From Octopus bimaculoides (lineage: Eukaryota): DNA of 46,433 nucleotides. Under the pieces are notes generated by a model. It had not been told where the DNA came from. It saw nothing but the letters and a program-made list of their open reading frames with translations, and ran no database searches. This document shows, one piece after another, positions 1 to 12,300 of this stretch (its first letter is position 1; every line of letters begins with the position of its first letter). Location of the stretch: contig NC_068982.1 in NCBI RefSeq assembly GCF_001194135.2, forward strand, positions 159,390,162 to 159,436,594, written 5' to 3'. A program made the translations under genes and the position numbers.

Positions 1-133
1 ATATATATATATATATATATATATACATGAATAATTACATACACACACGTACACACACAAGCGGATTAATATATTTTCATATATACGTGTCTCTATATGG
101 GTATATGTTCTTTCTTGTCTTCTGTAGATTATC

Positions 134-156
134 ATCACCACCACCATCACCACCAC

Positions 157-219
<63 letters not shown>

Positions 220-220
220 T

Positions 221-288
<68 letters not shown>

Positions 289-325
289 TATTATTATTAT
301 TATTATTATCATTATTATTATTATT
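134..325. repeat. compound trinucleotide microsatellite (CAC)n-(CAT)n-(TAT)n
   Basis: Direct reading of the sequence; it explains the poly-His/Ser/Leu/Tyr ORFs 27..332 and 97..327. Confidence 0.97.
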
Positions 326-840
326 GAATTAGAGAGCAGCGCATGCTATCAATGTGACACTGGGGTAATATATACGAAGCCCAGTGTACCCATCATGACT
401 ACCCGTCTGATAAGTATACACCAGGCACATGCATCACAGTAATATGTGCGCGACATGGTGATCTTATATCAAGATTAACTGCGTAGCTATTGCAGTTGGT
501 GCCCAGGTAGAATTTTCTTCAGGTCGAGTAGCCCACCCCGCTCAAAAGGTCCCTGAATAAGGGTTGTTTAAAGAGAGTGAACGAAACACCCATGTTTCCA
601 GATGTGAATTATCCAAACTCCAAAGAATTCCTTTCAACACATGGCTCTGAGGCTCCCCTACTACTATTGCTCGTGATCAAATATGCACATATCGTAAGCC
701 ATAAAGGGACGTTTTCAACTAGTTAACGTGAATCTTTAATATTGAGCCGAATATTTGCTGTATCCCATCTTTTATATCAAGACAAATCAATGTACATGAT
801 AACACGTCCAACCATTTAAGACGAGAAGCCATGAAAGCCA
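326..840. mobile_element. ~515 bp non-coding interspersed repeat (SINE-like) flanked on both sides by TAT repeats
   Basis: A second diverged copy at ~2574-2850 shares CCCATCATGACTAC, TTCTTCAGGT.GAGTAGCCCA and CGAAACACCCATGTTTCCA. No ORF. TAT runs end at 325 and resume at 841. Confidence 0.7.
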
Positions 841-860
841 TTATTATTATTACTTCTCTA

Positions 861-929
861 CCGCCAAGGTCGACTGTGCCTTTCATCCTTTCTGGGTCGA
901 TAAAATAAGTACCAGTTTAGTACTGGGTC
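861..929 (+). mobile_element. fragment of tRNA-derived SINE family 1 (central domain)
   Basis: GTCGACTGTGCCTTTCATCCTTTCTGGGTCGATAAAATAAGTACCAGTT is homologous to the SINE bodies at 12301-12650, 38229 and 40223. Confidence 0.7.
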
Positions 930-2456
930 ACAACAAAGACCTCAGACACATAATACTTTCCTTAAGATGTGCACTGTGCCCAATAAAGCTGCTTTTTGCA
1001 ATCATGCGTGGAATTTCCAATTGCCTTAAGAAGTCTAGAATTTTCAATGGGATTGCCCCCAACTGGTATCACTTTTCACCACTGGTATCACTTTTACATT
1101 ACCCTCCCGCATTCCACCATACTATCTTGCCATTTCCACTTTCAAGTCGGAGTACTTTGTGATTTTTTTCAACTTCTTAACTCACAATATTTATGTCATT
1201 TGCTATAGCTACATCAATGATGTGACAACATGTGTCTCTCCTATTCAATATGGCAATCTCCGGTCGACGGTGTTCGATCACACGATCCGTCTGAAAATCA
1301 TAGTCCCAGAGCATCTTTATGTTTCCGTCCTCCTGCATAACTTTACTTGGTCCATGCTCATACCAGTTCTCTGTTACTTCATATTGGTATTTACGGCATA
1401 AGAACCAATGAAGATACACACACACACTTTATCGTGGTGGCGCTTGTATTCTTTTTATGCAAGGCTCTCTGAATTGGTAGCGAGAGCATGGTCTTGTGCA
1501 GCAATCATCAGGCTTTCGGTGGTGCGCTTCAAACCACCTCACTGAAGCGATGCCCATGATTCTGTATTACCCTTACTGTCCTGCGTATTCCTTTCAAACC
1601 GTCCATGCATTGTCATTTCAAGATTGTCTTCTTTTCTCTTATCCTAAGCTCTTTGGTTAAACTCTTCATTGACCATCGTTTCATCTGTATTTACACCCAT
1701 GTCTTTCTGGCATATTGCAGCGGGTTTTCATCACTAGTTATCAAATACTCGGCAAGCTTTCTCCTTTTACTCCTTATACAATGGTCTATACTAATTAGTC
1801 ATTTGCCACCATTCTTTCTTTCCTTATACAGCCTGTTTACGTTTGGTTTGGGATGTAGCTCCCCATGCAACGTCATCAACTTTCTCCTCCTTGTATTCAG
1901 TGTTGATATTTCCTCTGTAGTCCGCTTGAGGATGGACGCACTGTATCTGACCACTGCAACTGCCCAGATATTCATTGCGGTAATCAAATTTTCGGTATTC
2001 AGGTTGGATTTCATCGCCATCTTCACCCTTTTTGATACGCCTCGCAGACCTTGACTTATATTTCTCTGTGTAGAACCTCATCCTGCTCTAAAATACCTAA
2101 ATATCTATAACCACTACAGTCGGGTTCATCCATGTTCTCATCCATGTTCTCATCCATGTTCCTACCACACTTCTGGACTGTTTTCGTTAAGGAATCTATC
2201 TAGTTTTTTGAAATTTCCCAAAGAATTTCAGATTATCCATAAACAGAAGTTGTTCAATGATGAGCCTTTCTTCCCACATCGGTAACCCATCTGAACTTTC
2301 CTAAGTGGCATTATTTGTGGGTGTTAGTTCAATTACAAATAGTGACAGAGAAAACGAGTCACCTTGATAGATTCCCCTTTTAATATTAACTTTTCCAAGG
2401 AGTGCATTATTTGAGTACACTTTGGCCTTCCACTTTTTCTTGCTATTCATCAGAAA
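925..2456 (-). mobile_element. 5'-truncated, decayed R4/Dong-type non-LTR retrotransposon (RT plus restriction-like endonuclease)
   Basis: Minus-strand motifs in the expected order: IKRGIYQGDS (RT), QLLFMDNLK (degenerate xMDD motif, ~2225-2252), YRYLGI, NIWAVAVVRYS...LHPKPNVNRLY (thumb), LWDYDFQTDRVIEHRRPEI...IIDVAI (RLE PD-D/ExK), and terminal LQKAALLGTVHILRKVLCV* with the stop at 942-944. Many frameshifts and stops. Confidence 0.9.
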
Positions 2457-2521
2457 ATCATCATCATCATTATCATCATCATCAAAATCATCATCATCTT
2501 CATCATCATCATCAGCAGTAT

Positions 2522-2571
<50 letters not shown>

Positions 2572-2572
2572 A
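2457..2572. repeat. compound (ATC)n/(AGT)n microsatellite
   Basis: Direct reading; it sits at the 5' truncation point of the LINE. Confidence 0.95.
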
Positions 2573-2573
2573 T

Positions 2574-2850
2574 AAGTGAGAAAGCATCGTATGCAATCAA
2601 GGTGAAACTGTGTTCAATATACAATTATATGGAGGTACAAATATACGGAACCTAATATACCCATCATGACTACTCGTCATCCACATGCATCAGAACCATA
2701 TGTACGCGAGATAGGAATCTCGCATCAAGATCAAAAGAGAATGTACTTACTGGTGGAATCCACTTAGAGTGTTCTTCAGGTGGAGTAGCCCATCTCTGAA
2801 ATTATGTTGTTTAAGGTGTTGCACGAAACACCCATGTTTCCAAATTAAAG
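2574..2850. mobile_element. truncated, diverged copy of the 326-840 repeat
   Basis: Shares the blocks listed for 326-840 and also starts next to a trinucleotide run. Confidence 0.7.
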
Positions 2851-2945
2851 TATTAAAACCAAAAAAACAGGTTATATTTAAGAGATGAGGAATTATGTAC
2901 ATTATTTACACTTGATGGATATTTGTCCTCATCTTGTTTGTTGTA

Positions 2946-2991
2946 AATACAACGTTTCGGCTGATATACCCTCCAGCCTTCATCAAGTGTC
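2946..2991 (-). ncRNA. minimal type I hammerhead ribozyme motif, decayed (C3U), Penelope-type
   Basis: Minus strand: GACAC TTGATGA A GGCTG gagggtatat CAGCC GAAAC GTT GTATT. Perfect 5-bp stem II, palindromic AACGTT stem III, stem I 4/5 paired, and the first core base is T rather than C. Confidence 0.6.
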
Positions 2992-3040
2992 TTGGGGAAA
3001 TTTCGAACTGGGTTCTCATTCCTAAGGTATTTTTCGATAC

Positions 3041-3071
<31 letters not shown>

Positions 3072-3743
3072 TTATGTTTGACTTTTGTTTTGCATTTGTA
3101 CAAGTTGCATTTGTCTCACCCAGAAACCTCAAGAGACAAGTTAGAAGTTCATGTAGGTGTTATGCCTCGGGTACCATATATTTGGATTTGTACAGTTTTG
3201 TTCAAGTGAACGTTTAAGAAACCATAAGAAAATTATGTGTTTGCTTTAAAATTTGAGATCACATAGACAGTATTTTACGTAGGATATGGGCAGTTCCCAT
3301 GAGCACTATCTTTTGAACTTCAGCCATTTTGGGGTTTCCTGGAATCTGATCTAGGTAGTAATCAGCCCGTTTCGCTGCCATTCCCAGGGCACCTATGACA
3401 ATAGGTATTGTTTTCGTCTTCANNNNNNNNNNNNNNNNNNNNNNNNNNNNNNNNNNNNNNNNNNNNTGACAGATACGTTTATATCGATTGGGACAGTCAT
3501 ATCAATGAGGAGGCATGATTTTTGTCTGAAGTCTTTCAGTATGATGTCTGGCCTATTTGCGTCTATCTTTCTGTCAGTTTGAATGGTGAAGTTCCAGAGG
3601 AGTGCAATGTGATCATTTTCAAGTACTGGGGGTGGTTTGTGTTCCCACCAGTTTTTATCATGGGGCAAGTCCAGGTTTTTGCATATTACCCAGTGAATAT
3701 ATTGTGCAGCTCTATCATGCCTGTTGAGATACTCTGTAGGCGC
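3041..3743 (-). mobile_element. R4/Dong-type LINE copy A (RLE domain, 3' UTR, (AAT)n tail)
   Basis: APTEYLNRHDRAAQYIHWVICK...LLWNFTIQTDRKIDANRPDII...LIDMTVP, then after the gap KTIPIVIGALG...VQKIVLMGTAHILRKILSM* with the stop at 3259-3261. Tail at 3041-3072. Confidence 0.92.
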
Positions 3744-3809
<66 letters not shown>

Positions 3810-4950
3810 TATTATTATTATTATTATTATATGTTTAACTTTTGCTTTGTATTTGCACAAGTTGATTCCAATTCTCACCCAGAGACCTCAAGGGACAACA
3901 AGTTAGAAGTTCAAGTTGGTATTATGCTTAGGGTATCATATATTTAGTTTTACACATAGTATTGTTCTAGAGAATGTTTAAGAAAACATTAAAAAATTGT
4001 AAGTTTGTTTTAAAATTTGAGATTACATAGACAGTATTTACGTAGGATATGTGCAATTCCCATAAGCACTGTCTTTTAAGTTTCTGACATTTTGGGGTTT
4101 CCTGGTATTTGATCTAGGTAGGAAACATTCCATTTTGCTATCATTCCTAGGACACCTATGACAACCGATACTGTTTCAGTCTTGAGATTCTACATTTTGC
4201 CACATTTTATTTCAAGATATTTATACTTGCTCAGGTTTTGGTAGGTTTTGACAGATTCTTTTATGTCGATTGGGACAGTCATATCAATGAGGAGGCATGA
4301 CTTTTGTCTGATGTCGTTCAAAATAATGTCTGGCCTATTCGTATCTTTCTGTCAGTATGAGCGGTGAAGTGCTAGAGCAGTGTGATGTGATCATTTTCAA
4401 GCACTGGATGTAGTTTGTGTTCCCACCCGTTTTTATCATGGGCAGATCCAGGTTTTTACAAATTGCTCAGTGAATATATTGTGCTGCTCTATCACGCCTG
4501 TTGAGATACACTGTAGGCGCAAGAAGACTGCATATGGAGACAATACGGCCAATGGTTTCATTTTGTTGTTTACATACACGACATGTTGGACTACCGCCGT
4601 TCTTTAATATGTCAGCCCGGCAGTTCCTTGCAGGGAGGCATTGATCTTGGGCTACTATGATAAACCTTTTTTTCTGATTTTAAGCCAGAAAACACTAACT
4701 ATTGATGGGTTAGGGCTTTGTCAACATCGGCACTATTAGCTCTCTTTGGATATTTGCCATTGAGGATTTTTCTTGCAATTTATCAGTAAGAATATCTAAG
4801 GCAGCAATTATAGCACGGGTTTTCATAGGCTTAGATTTTCTGTAGTTGTTTCCAGTACGTCTAATTCTGGGATTTGCTGCATTTGGAATTCACTTAAATA
4901 TTCTTTTGCCAGTTTTGTTACTACTCTGGTCTTTGTCTGTGTTGCTAGAA
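3744..4950 (-). mobile_element. R4/Dong-type LINE copy B (zinc knuckle, RLE, 3' UTR, (AAT)n tail)
   Basis: LNGKYP...GLKSEKKGFIIVAQDQCLP...CRVCKQQNETIGRIVSICSLLAPT (degenerate CCHC knuckle), then an RLE homologous to copy A with the stop at 4023-4025. The 3' UTR is clearly homologous to copy A. Tail at 3744-3830. Confidence 0.9.
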
Positions 4951-6023
4951 CGCGCTTCATTCTATGAAGCTAGGAAAATTAGGAACAATAAATATAACAA
5001 CCAACAGACTAATAGAACAAAACCCCCTCCTAGTAACACAGCTCCTCCTAGTAACACAGACAAAGACTAGAGTACTTATAGTTCCCCAAAACACAACACG
5101 AACACAGATATACCTAATAATTTATGTGACTGCAGGAATAGAAGAAAGTGCCAATACTCTATTAGATGTAAGACTAAAAACGTAGTTTACCTATGTGACG
5201 TACACACAAATAACTTTATAGAAATCTTATATACGAACCACGAAAAACCAAATGATGCTTAGGTGCAACGCACACCAATCTAGCTTCAGAAATAGGAGTA
5301 CGGCAAATTCAACAGGGCTTAGTAGCTATATTTGCGAGCTTAAGGTCAATAAATAGAATACAGATTAGTATGACGCATACACGCGAAAACAACTTCTTAC
5401 AATTCTGCTAACAGTCGATGCGATCTCTGTTTAACCGATCAACTAGAAAGTCTAACGGGTAGCCCATAGAAAATATAAGAACAGAAACTGTTGTCTATAT
5501 ATAGCCCTCTTTGTCTTTTCCAAGTATCGCTAAAACCGATTGACCCTTTACAGATTCCACGCCACCATCTTCATCTAAATAGTCCCACTTACACGCAAAC
5601 ATTCACTTCTCAACCCCCACTCGTTCTACACAACCCTTAATAAATTATTTTACGCCTATACAGGGCTTCCTGCACTACTACGAACTTCCTACAACTTTAC
5701 GTCCAAAAGACATTGATTTCTTAGTCACCCCGAACTGAATAATCCGGATCGAGTTAGCTCCCTTTCCTCCATGAGTCAGAGTTAAGCCTCTTTCTTTACA
5801 CCGCCAGTGAAAAATCTATATAGAATAAACACGTGGAAAATATGCGCTTACTTAAAGTTGGGACTACAGATCAGATCAATATAAACTCCATCCTATATCC
5901 ATTTCGCAGCATAATTATCAAACAAGAAATCTACTATAATGTAAGACTGACCATTCTTTGTCTTTATTTTCATAACCAATGTAATCTTATGCCTTTTGCT
6001 CTTTTTACCTCTACATATGACTC

Positions 6024-6079
6024 TGCAATCTGATGATGTCTACCCCTACAAGTGGTAAACAGAAGCGATCGTAAACGTA
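6024..6079 (+). ncRNA. degenerate minimal hammerhead-like motif
   Basis: CTGATGA (6030-6036), stem II TGTCTACC/GGTAAACA (7/8 paired), GAAG in place of GAAA, palindromic CGATCG, GTA triplet. Stem I is poorly paired. Confidence 0.4.
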
Positions 6080-6695
6080 CTATTACTACCACTTTTCTGT
6101 CTTCATTAATAAAATTAATGGCTTACTAGCACACACAACCAGCTTCCTCTTGTTATTTTCCCCCCATTTACTTCTTGCATGTAATTTAATCTACGGTTTA
6201 TCTGCTGAATTAACTGATACCGTATACCTTTTACGAAGGACTGTACCTACACAGTGATCATCAGGAGCACCTTTGGATTTAAACATCCCTTACAGGTTTG
6301 AAATACCTCTAACTTATACGTATATATATATATATATATNNNNNNNNNNNNNNNNNNNNNNNNNNNNNNNNNNNNNNNNNNNNNNNNNNNNNNNNNNNNN
6401 NNNNNNNNNNNNNNNNNNNNNNNNNNNNNNNNNNNNNNNNNNNNNNNNNNNNNNNNNNNNNNNNNNNNNNNNNNNNNNNNNNNNNNNNNNNNNNNNNNNN
6501 NNNNNNNNNNNTTTATAAATATATATGAGCTTTTAAATAAGTTCTCCACCAATAATGGTGCTTTCATACCGATGGGCTTGGTAAAAATTATTAATTGTTA
6601 ATTGATTTATTAATTAATAAATTGATAATCCTTTACCCTTTTAATTTATATATATATATATATATATATATATGAATATTCATATATAGTAGATC

Positions 6696-7330
6696 TTTTG
6701 AAGGAAGGTGTGTAGTGTGTGATCGTTGCATTGACCACGACAGAGAAAGCTGTCATAGGGATACCACCTCAGAGGCCTACACAACGTTGCAGTAACTGTA
6801 TGAGTTATTCAGACGTTTCGAAGATATTGACGAACGTTGTGGGAGACCCACAACCAGCAAAACTTAGAAAAACATCGCAGATGTACGCGCGCAGCTATGA
6901 GGGGAAAATGTCGAATCACCATCTAAGGATAATCAGAAGATGTGCAGATTTGTTACCATTCAGTTTATTATCACTTTCGATTTCAGTAGGAAACGTAAAT
7001 CTGCTAAGTTTGTGATAAACCGACGTTCAGCTGACAAAAAGGACACTCGGATTTCATTTGCATAAATTCTCCTTGATTGTGCCCAGAAGGATGAAAACAT
7101 TTTGAAAATTTTGCGTAAGACTTCTGAGCAGTTATCACCAAGCTTTTGGCACAATTTGATGCTGATTCTCTACTGAACATTCTGTCATAGTGCATGCGAC
7201 GATCACAGGCTACACACCTTCTTTCCAAACACTGATGTCAGCTAGAATGCTAAAACTTAGTTCGCCTGCAGAACAAAATTCAAGGTCAATATGTGCCAAG
7301 CGGCTTTATTCTGCGTGCTTTAGCTTCGTT
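6696..7330. mobile_element. mariner derivative consisting of two inverted 5' portions
   Basis: Plus strand 6740-7110 encodes a decayed mariner N-terminus (FEDIDERCGRPTTSKT, CRITI, RKSAKFV, SADKKDTRISFA*ILLDCAQKDENILKI). Minus strand 7188-7095 encodes MTE...CQKLGDNCSEVLRKIFKMF. 6696-6744 and 7181-7229 are inverted copies (40/49 identical). The right boundary is uncertain. Confidence 0.7.
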
Positions 7331-10300
7331 AGTACAGTAAATGTCTGGAAACCTATTGATGAGATCTTGTATATTCCCCCATTAAAAACTCCCGAACTAA
7401 CCAAAAGGGAATTATTAATAGTATTACCTTTGACTTAATAGAAACTTCGTCGAACTTCTTATGGTGCATTCACTGACATAATCCCACTTCGTAGATCAAC
7501 AATCGGGGATGAGAAAGTTCGTGTATTGACTCACACAACTTCAATCTTAAATAAATTATTGTTTTCTGACGAAATTGACTATTTTATTTCGTCTTAATTG
7601 AGTGTCATACGAGCATCCATTATTTATGCGGTGAGTGAATGTGTGTGTTGTGTATGTGTGTGTGTGTGTGCGAAAGTACTTATTTGTGTTTAGGTCGTAA
7701 CTCTATAACATTTCTTCAGTTGATTGAAATACGGGAAGCTATATGAATATAATCCTGATGTGGCAACAGGGTTGAGAAGGCAGCAAATCAATTTTGAATA
7801 CATATGATGTGAAAAGGGGGATGGAATATAGAGTTGCATGAGAGTAGTAGTCAACACACTTCTGAATGCTTGCAATTGAATTATATATTTTAGTTTATAT
7901 GTTTCATAGAAATATTTATGTTGGATTTTTGACTGTTGTTCCATTCTTGGATTCCTTTCCTTTTTATTTCTCAATTAAATATCACTTTATCACATAACTT
8001 TTGAAATATGTCGGAATATATTATTTCTTTTCTCTTCACTAACAATTCACTTTGCTATGTAAAACTATGTCCTGTCATTCAATAAATTAATTTGTAACGA
8101 TTTGGCAACATCGACGTATTAGAAGAATTTTGGCACAAGAAACATTTGATTTAGTCAGCTAAGCAATAAATCAAATAAGCATAATTAATACCTTTACCCT
8201 ATGTTAAGAATCATACGAAATATATTGGTTTCATATTCAAGCAATGTCTATCATACTGATGGTCAATCCAGACAAAGGTCATTTTAATTAAATCTAATAC
8301 CATTCAACAAATAAAACCAAATAAAAAAACAAAAATATTCATCTCAACTACATCGAAGTTGAAAACGGGAAATCAGATTTGCTACAATTGTTTATCAAAG
8401 GAGAAATCTTTATAAAAACAGAGTAGATTAGAGAATAACAGAAACCGAAATCGGATTAAGGTATTGAAGTTACTGTTCCAATGTATACATAACATTGTAT
8501 ATACCTCCCATTGACTATATTTGACAACATTCTGAGAAAAGCAATAAATCTGACTGGTAAGCCTTTATTTGCTCAAAATCACGATACGATATAAAAAAAC
8601 ACATCTGTTATTCTTGTGTTCATTATATATTACTAACACTGATTTTGGTCAGTGTATACTACTGTTCTGAGAAAATATCTTCAATAGTATTATTGAGATT
8701 TCCCATAATATTTAGAGCATACTTTAATGTTTTGTTTTTCTTCTGACATTTATTTTGCCTCTTAATAATTAATGTTTTCTATCTTAGAATTTAATTATTG
8801 AAACCTAATTAAGAACAGTTATAAAAGTCATGATTAATATTTGGAGGAACCACCATTTGCTAAGTGAAATCTTGCATATCAACGGTGCTCTCAAACATAA
8901 AAACACTACAAATTATATCCAGTAACAAATTACTAATGATTAATCATCTACGTATATACCTTATCTATCTCACTCTACTATGAAGAAGTGTTTTAAATAT
9001 TCATGGAGTTTACTTCTTGTAACATCAAAATATACAGACTCACCAATTAAGAAATATCAAGAATGTGACTAAAATCAAAAACAAGGTATGATTAATATGT
9101 AATGTCTTTTATCACAATTACTTAAATACAAGTATATAACTTGAGAAAAGCCGATCTATTTGGAAACAACGTGACACGGTTTAAATATTGCATTATAAAA
9201 AGAATCACAACTAGAATCTGCTAATCTATTAAAAATCTGTCTCGGCTTAGGTAGTGAATAAACTTCTAAAATATATTCGTGAGATTTATTCCGATAATTT
9301 TTTGAGGAAAAGCTCGGACAAAACGCAAGGTATCATCTATCCTAAGGACCTATATAGTAAACATATATTTATAAATAACATTAAGATAAATGTGGCAAAA
9401 GCGAGTGAACAATGAAGTTTCAAAGTTTAAATTTATTCAAGTTATTTTAATGCAATATAATCGGTCCTAATGTTTTTTTCCAAGCACTTAAGAAAGATAT
9501 AAACGGTTCCATTATGTAATGGGATTGTTTTACAAGATTAAGTTGTAAATGTGTTCTTAAAGATTCTAATATCTACACTATTCTCAATGAATATTAATAG
9601 TAATTACTTCTGTGTCTGTTGTGTGGCCTTAATGAAACCTTGATCGAACAAGTCGACGATCGAAGGTTGTCTAGCCGAGATTAAGCTGTTTTTCAGACAT
9701 ACAATATATCTCATTATATCCTTAGTATTGTTACAGGCGGCAAGATGCCAATGTAGTAAAATATACGTTTATTATTTCTATGCTATCGAACGATCCAGTA
9801 GAGGATGAACTAATTTGTGGTAGCTAATGGTGACGCAGAAAAGAAAAGCGTGTATTTAATTTCGGCGTTTCAACTTATCAAGTTCTTTTTGGCTAACAGT
9901 GAGTCATATTAATCATGTAAGCACTAATTGTGCATTAATTAATTGAAATAAATTAATAGGATAATAATATATGCAGAACAAATAAGAAAAATAAAATATA
10001 GCATAAGGTATTATGAAATATATGAAAAACTTTATTGTTACAAAAAGCGGAATTGAGAACTCAGATATACATTTTATAGGGAAATTACACGTGGATAAAA
10101 TACACACGTTATTAAAATAAACCAACAAATATATAATTAAAATATCATTAAATATGAGGTCAAATAGAAAACGTATGCGAAAAGGGATCAAATTTATTGA
10201 AGAGGGGTGAAATATATTTCACAGTCATTGTAACTGAAATAAAATACGAGAGAGTTACGGTTCGAACATCATTGGTCATAGGTCTAATCGAGTAGGGATG

Positions 10301-12300
10301 TTCTAGATGTAAAAAAAATATCAATAAGAACGACGACAGAAACAACACCAACATGAGTTAAGGTACACATTTAGGGGCAATTGAAAAGGTATCTTAGGAA
10401 TTGGTATTCTGATTAATTTTAAACTCATCAATTTCATAATCAAGCCATTCGCGAACAGCTTTCAACTATACCAATATATCATGTACAAGCAGTCGGATGA
10501 ATTCCCAGACTGAACCATTCAAAACTGCTCTTTGATGTATGGATTGGAAAGCATTTTTGAAGGCTCGTTTGAATAACTTTGAAAAAAAATTCAAAAAAAA
10601 CTGCATAATATTTTGAGATTATTGCCTGCGCAATTTATCCTGTAAATTTTCTGACATTTAATCTGGCTATCTTCAACCGGCAAACATGATCTTAAAGATA
10701 CTGCCAAGATAATTTCAAACTCTGACACCCTATCAAATCAATTATTGCTCCATTCACCCGAACTTCACAGTAGTATTAATTATTGCTGAGGCATGTTTAG
10801 GGGGCGGTGATGTCAAAGCAAATGCATACTCTATTTAATCGAAATTCTTCCTACACATACACAACAAGCATACACTTTTCAATTATATCCTCTCTCCATC
10901 TCTATATCTCATACTCTACTTCGTAATTGAGTTATAACTACGTAGACAGTACACTACATTGAAAGGCAATATCATGGCAATACCAAACTTGGTTCTCGCA
11001 TAACAGACTTTGGCAACTTGGCATCAATAGATCTATTATATATATATATATATATATATNNNNNNNNNNNNNNNNNNNNNNNNNNNNNNNNNNNNNNNNN
11101 NNNNNNNNNNNNNNNNNNNNNNNNNNNNNNNNNNNNNNNNNNNNNNNNNNNNNNNNNNNNNNNNNNNNNNNNNNNNNNNNNNNNNNNNNNNNNNNNNNNN
11201 NNNNNNNNNNNNNNNNNNNNNNNNNNNNNNNNNNNNNNNNNNNNNNNNNNNNNNNNNNNNNNNNNNNNNNNNNNNNNNNNNNNNNNNNNNNNNNNNNNNN
11301 NNNNNNNNNNNNNNNNNNNNNNNNNNNNNNNNNNNNNNNNNNNNNNNNNATATATATATATATACTCACCATTTGTTCTGAATATCAGGGAAACTGACTA
11401 CATACTCATCTATTTTGGAAATCTTTTAAATAGTAAATTTGTCGTTATTCCAGAAGTGAATGGATGTATGGATATCATGCAGCAAATGCTTTTTGCTCAC
11501 AAACGTCTACATTCCCAATCGAAAATTGATCATTCGTAGTGATTCGTTGTTTTAAAAAATACTTTAGAAAAGATACGGTACTACATTTTTCGTATGGTGC
11601 AGTGTTGCTGCTGAGGCATAAACAGTAGTTTTTTTCCACACATCTTTCAGGCAAAACTACCTAATTCATATTCTCACTTGCAATATCATTATGTATGTTT
11701 GATCCAGAAACGTCACCCATATATATTTGGACGGTGAGACATTATCAAATGTGAGTAAAAAAAAATGGATTGTGACATTTATCATGTCTGCATCATCAGT
11801 GTGAAATCTAAAATAAATTGAAAAGGAATGAATCGAGAATTTAAATTTCATACTCTTGTCTTTCCAGGAGATCTATTATATTATAGTGCTCGCAACATCT
11901 TCATATTAATATTCATTGCTTATTATAAGACGTGATATAACCTGCTGGTTAATATATCTTGATTTACCAAATGGATTCCTGCTGTTGTTTCTATGTTCTG
12001 AGAGAAACATGTTTCTACATTGAATTACAATAATGAAATAGATAAGTAAACAAATACATATGACAAAGAGATGGAAGATAGATTATCTTTTTCTGGGTGA
12101 AGATAACTTCTCGTGATATTGCTATGAGAGAAAATAGATATGTTGAGAGGTAGCTGAAAGAAGCGTGTAATTTAAGTAGGTAAGTGTGATGGGATTAAAG
12201 GAAAATATCGAAATTTATCTAAAGATAAATACCTATTAAGCAACAGTGCCGAGTTGCTGAAGGCCAAATGAATACAATACCAGTCAAAATGCCTTGAAAT

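Noticed and set aside
27-332. Poly-His/Ser ORFs, and all ORFs rich in X, YI, CV, SL or ER
   Set aside because: These are translations of microsatellites and N-gaps, not genes.
9636-9668. Hairpin AACCTT-GATCG/CGATC-G-AAGGTT
   Set aside because: Only 11 bp, does not extend to pre-miRNA length, and is plausible by chance.
9739-9760. GGCAAGATG resembling the miR-31 seed
   Set aside because: The 3' half does not match and there is no star arm.
11770-11806. Minus-strand CTGATGA followed by a GACAT/ATGTC hairpin
   Set aside because: No GAAA or cleavage triplet follows.
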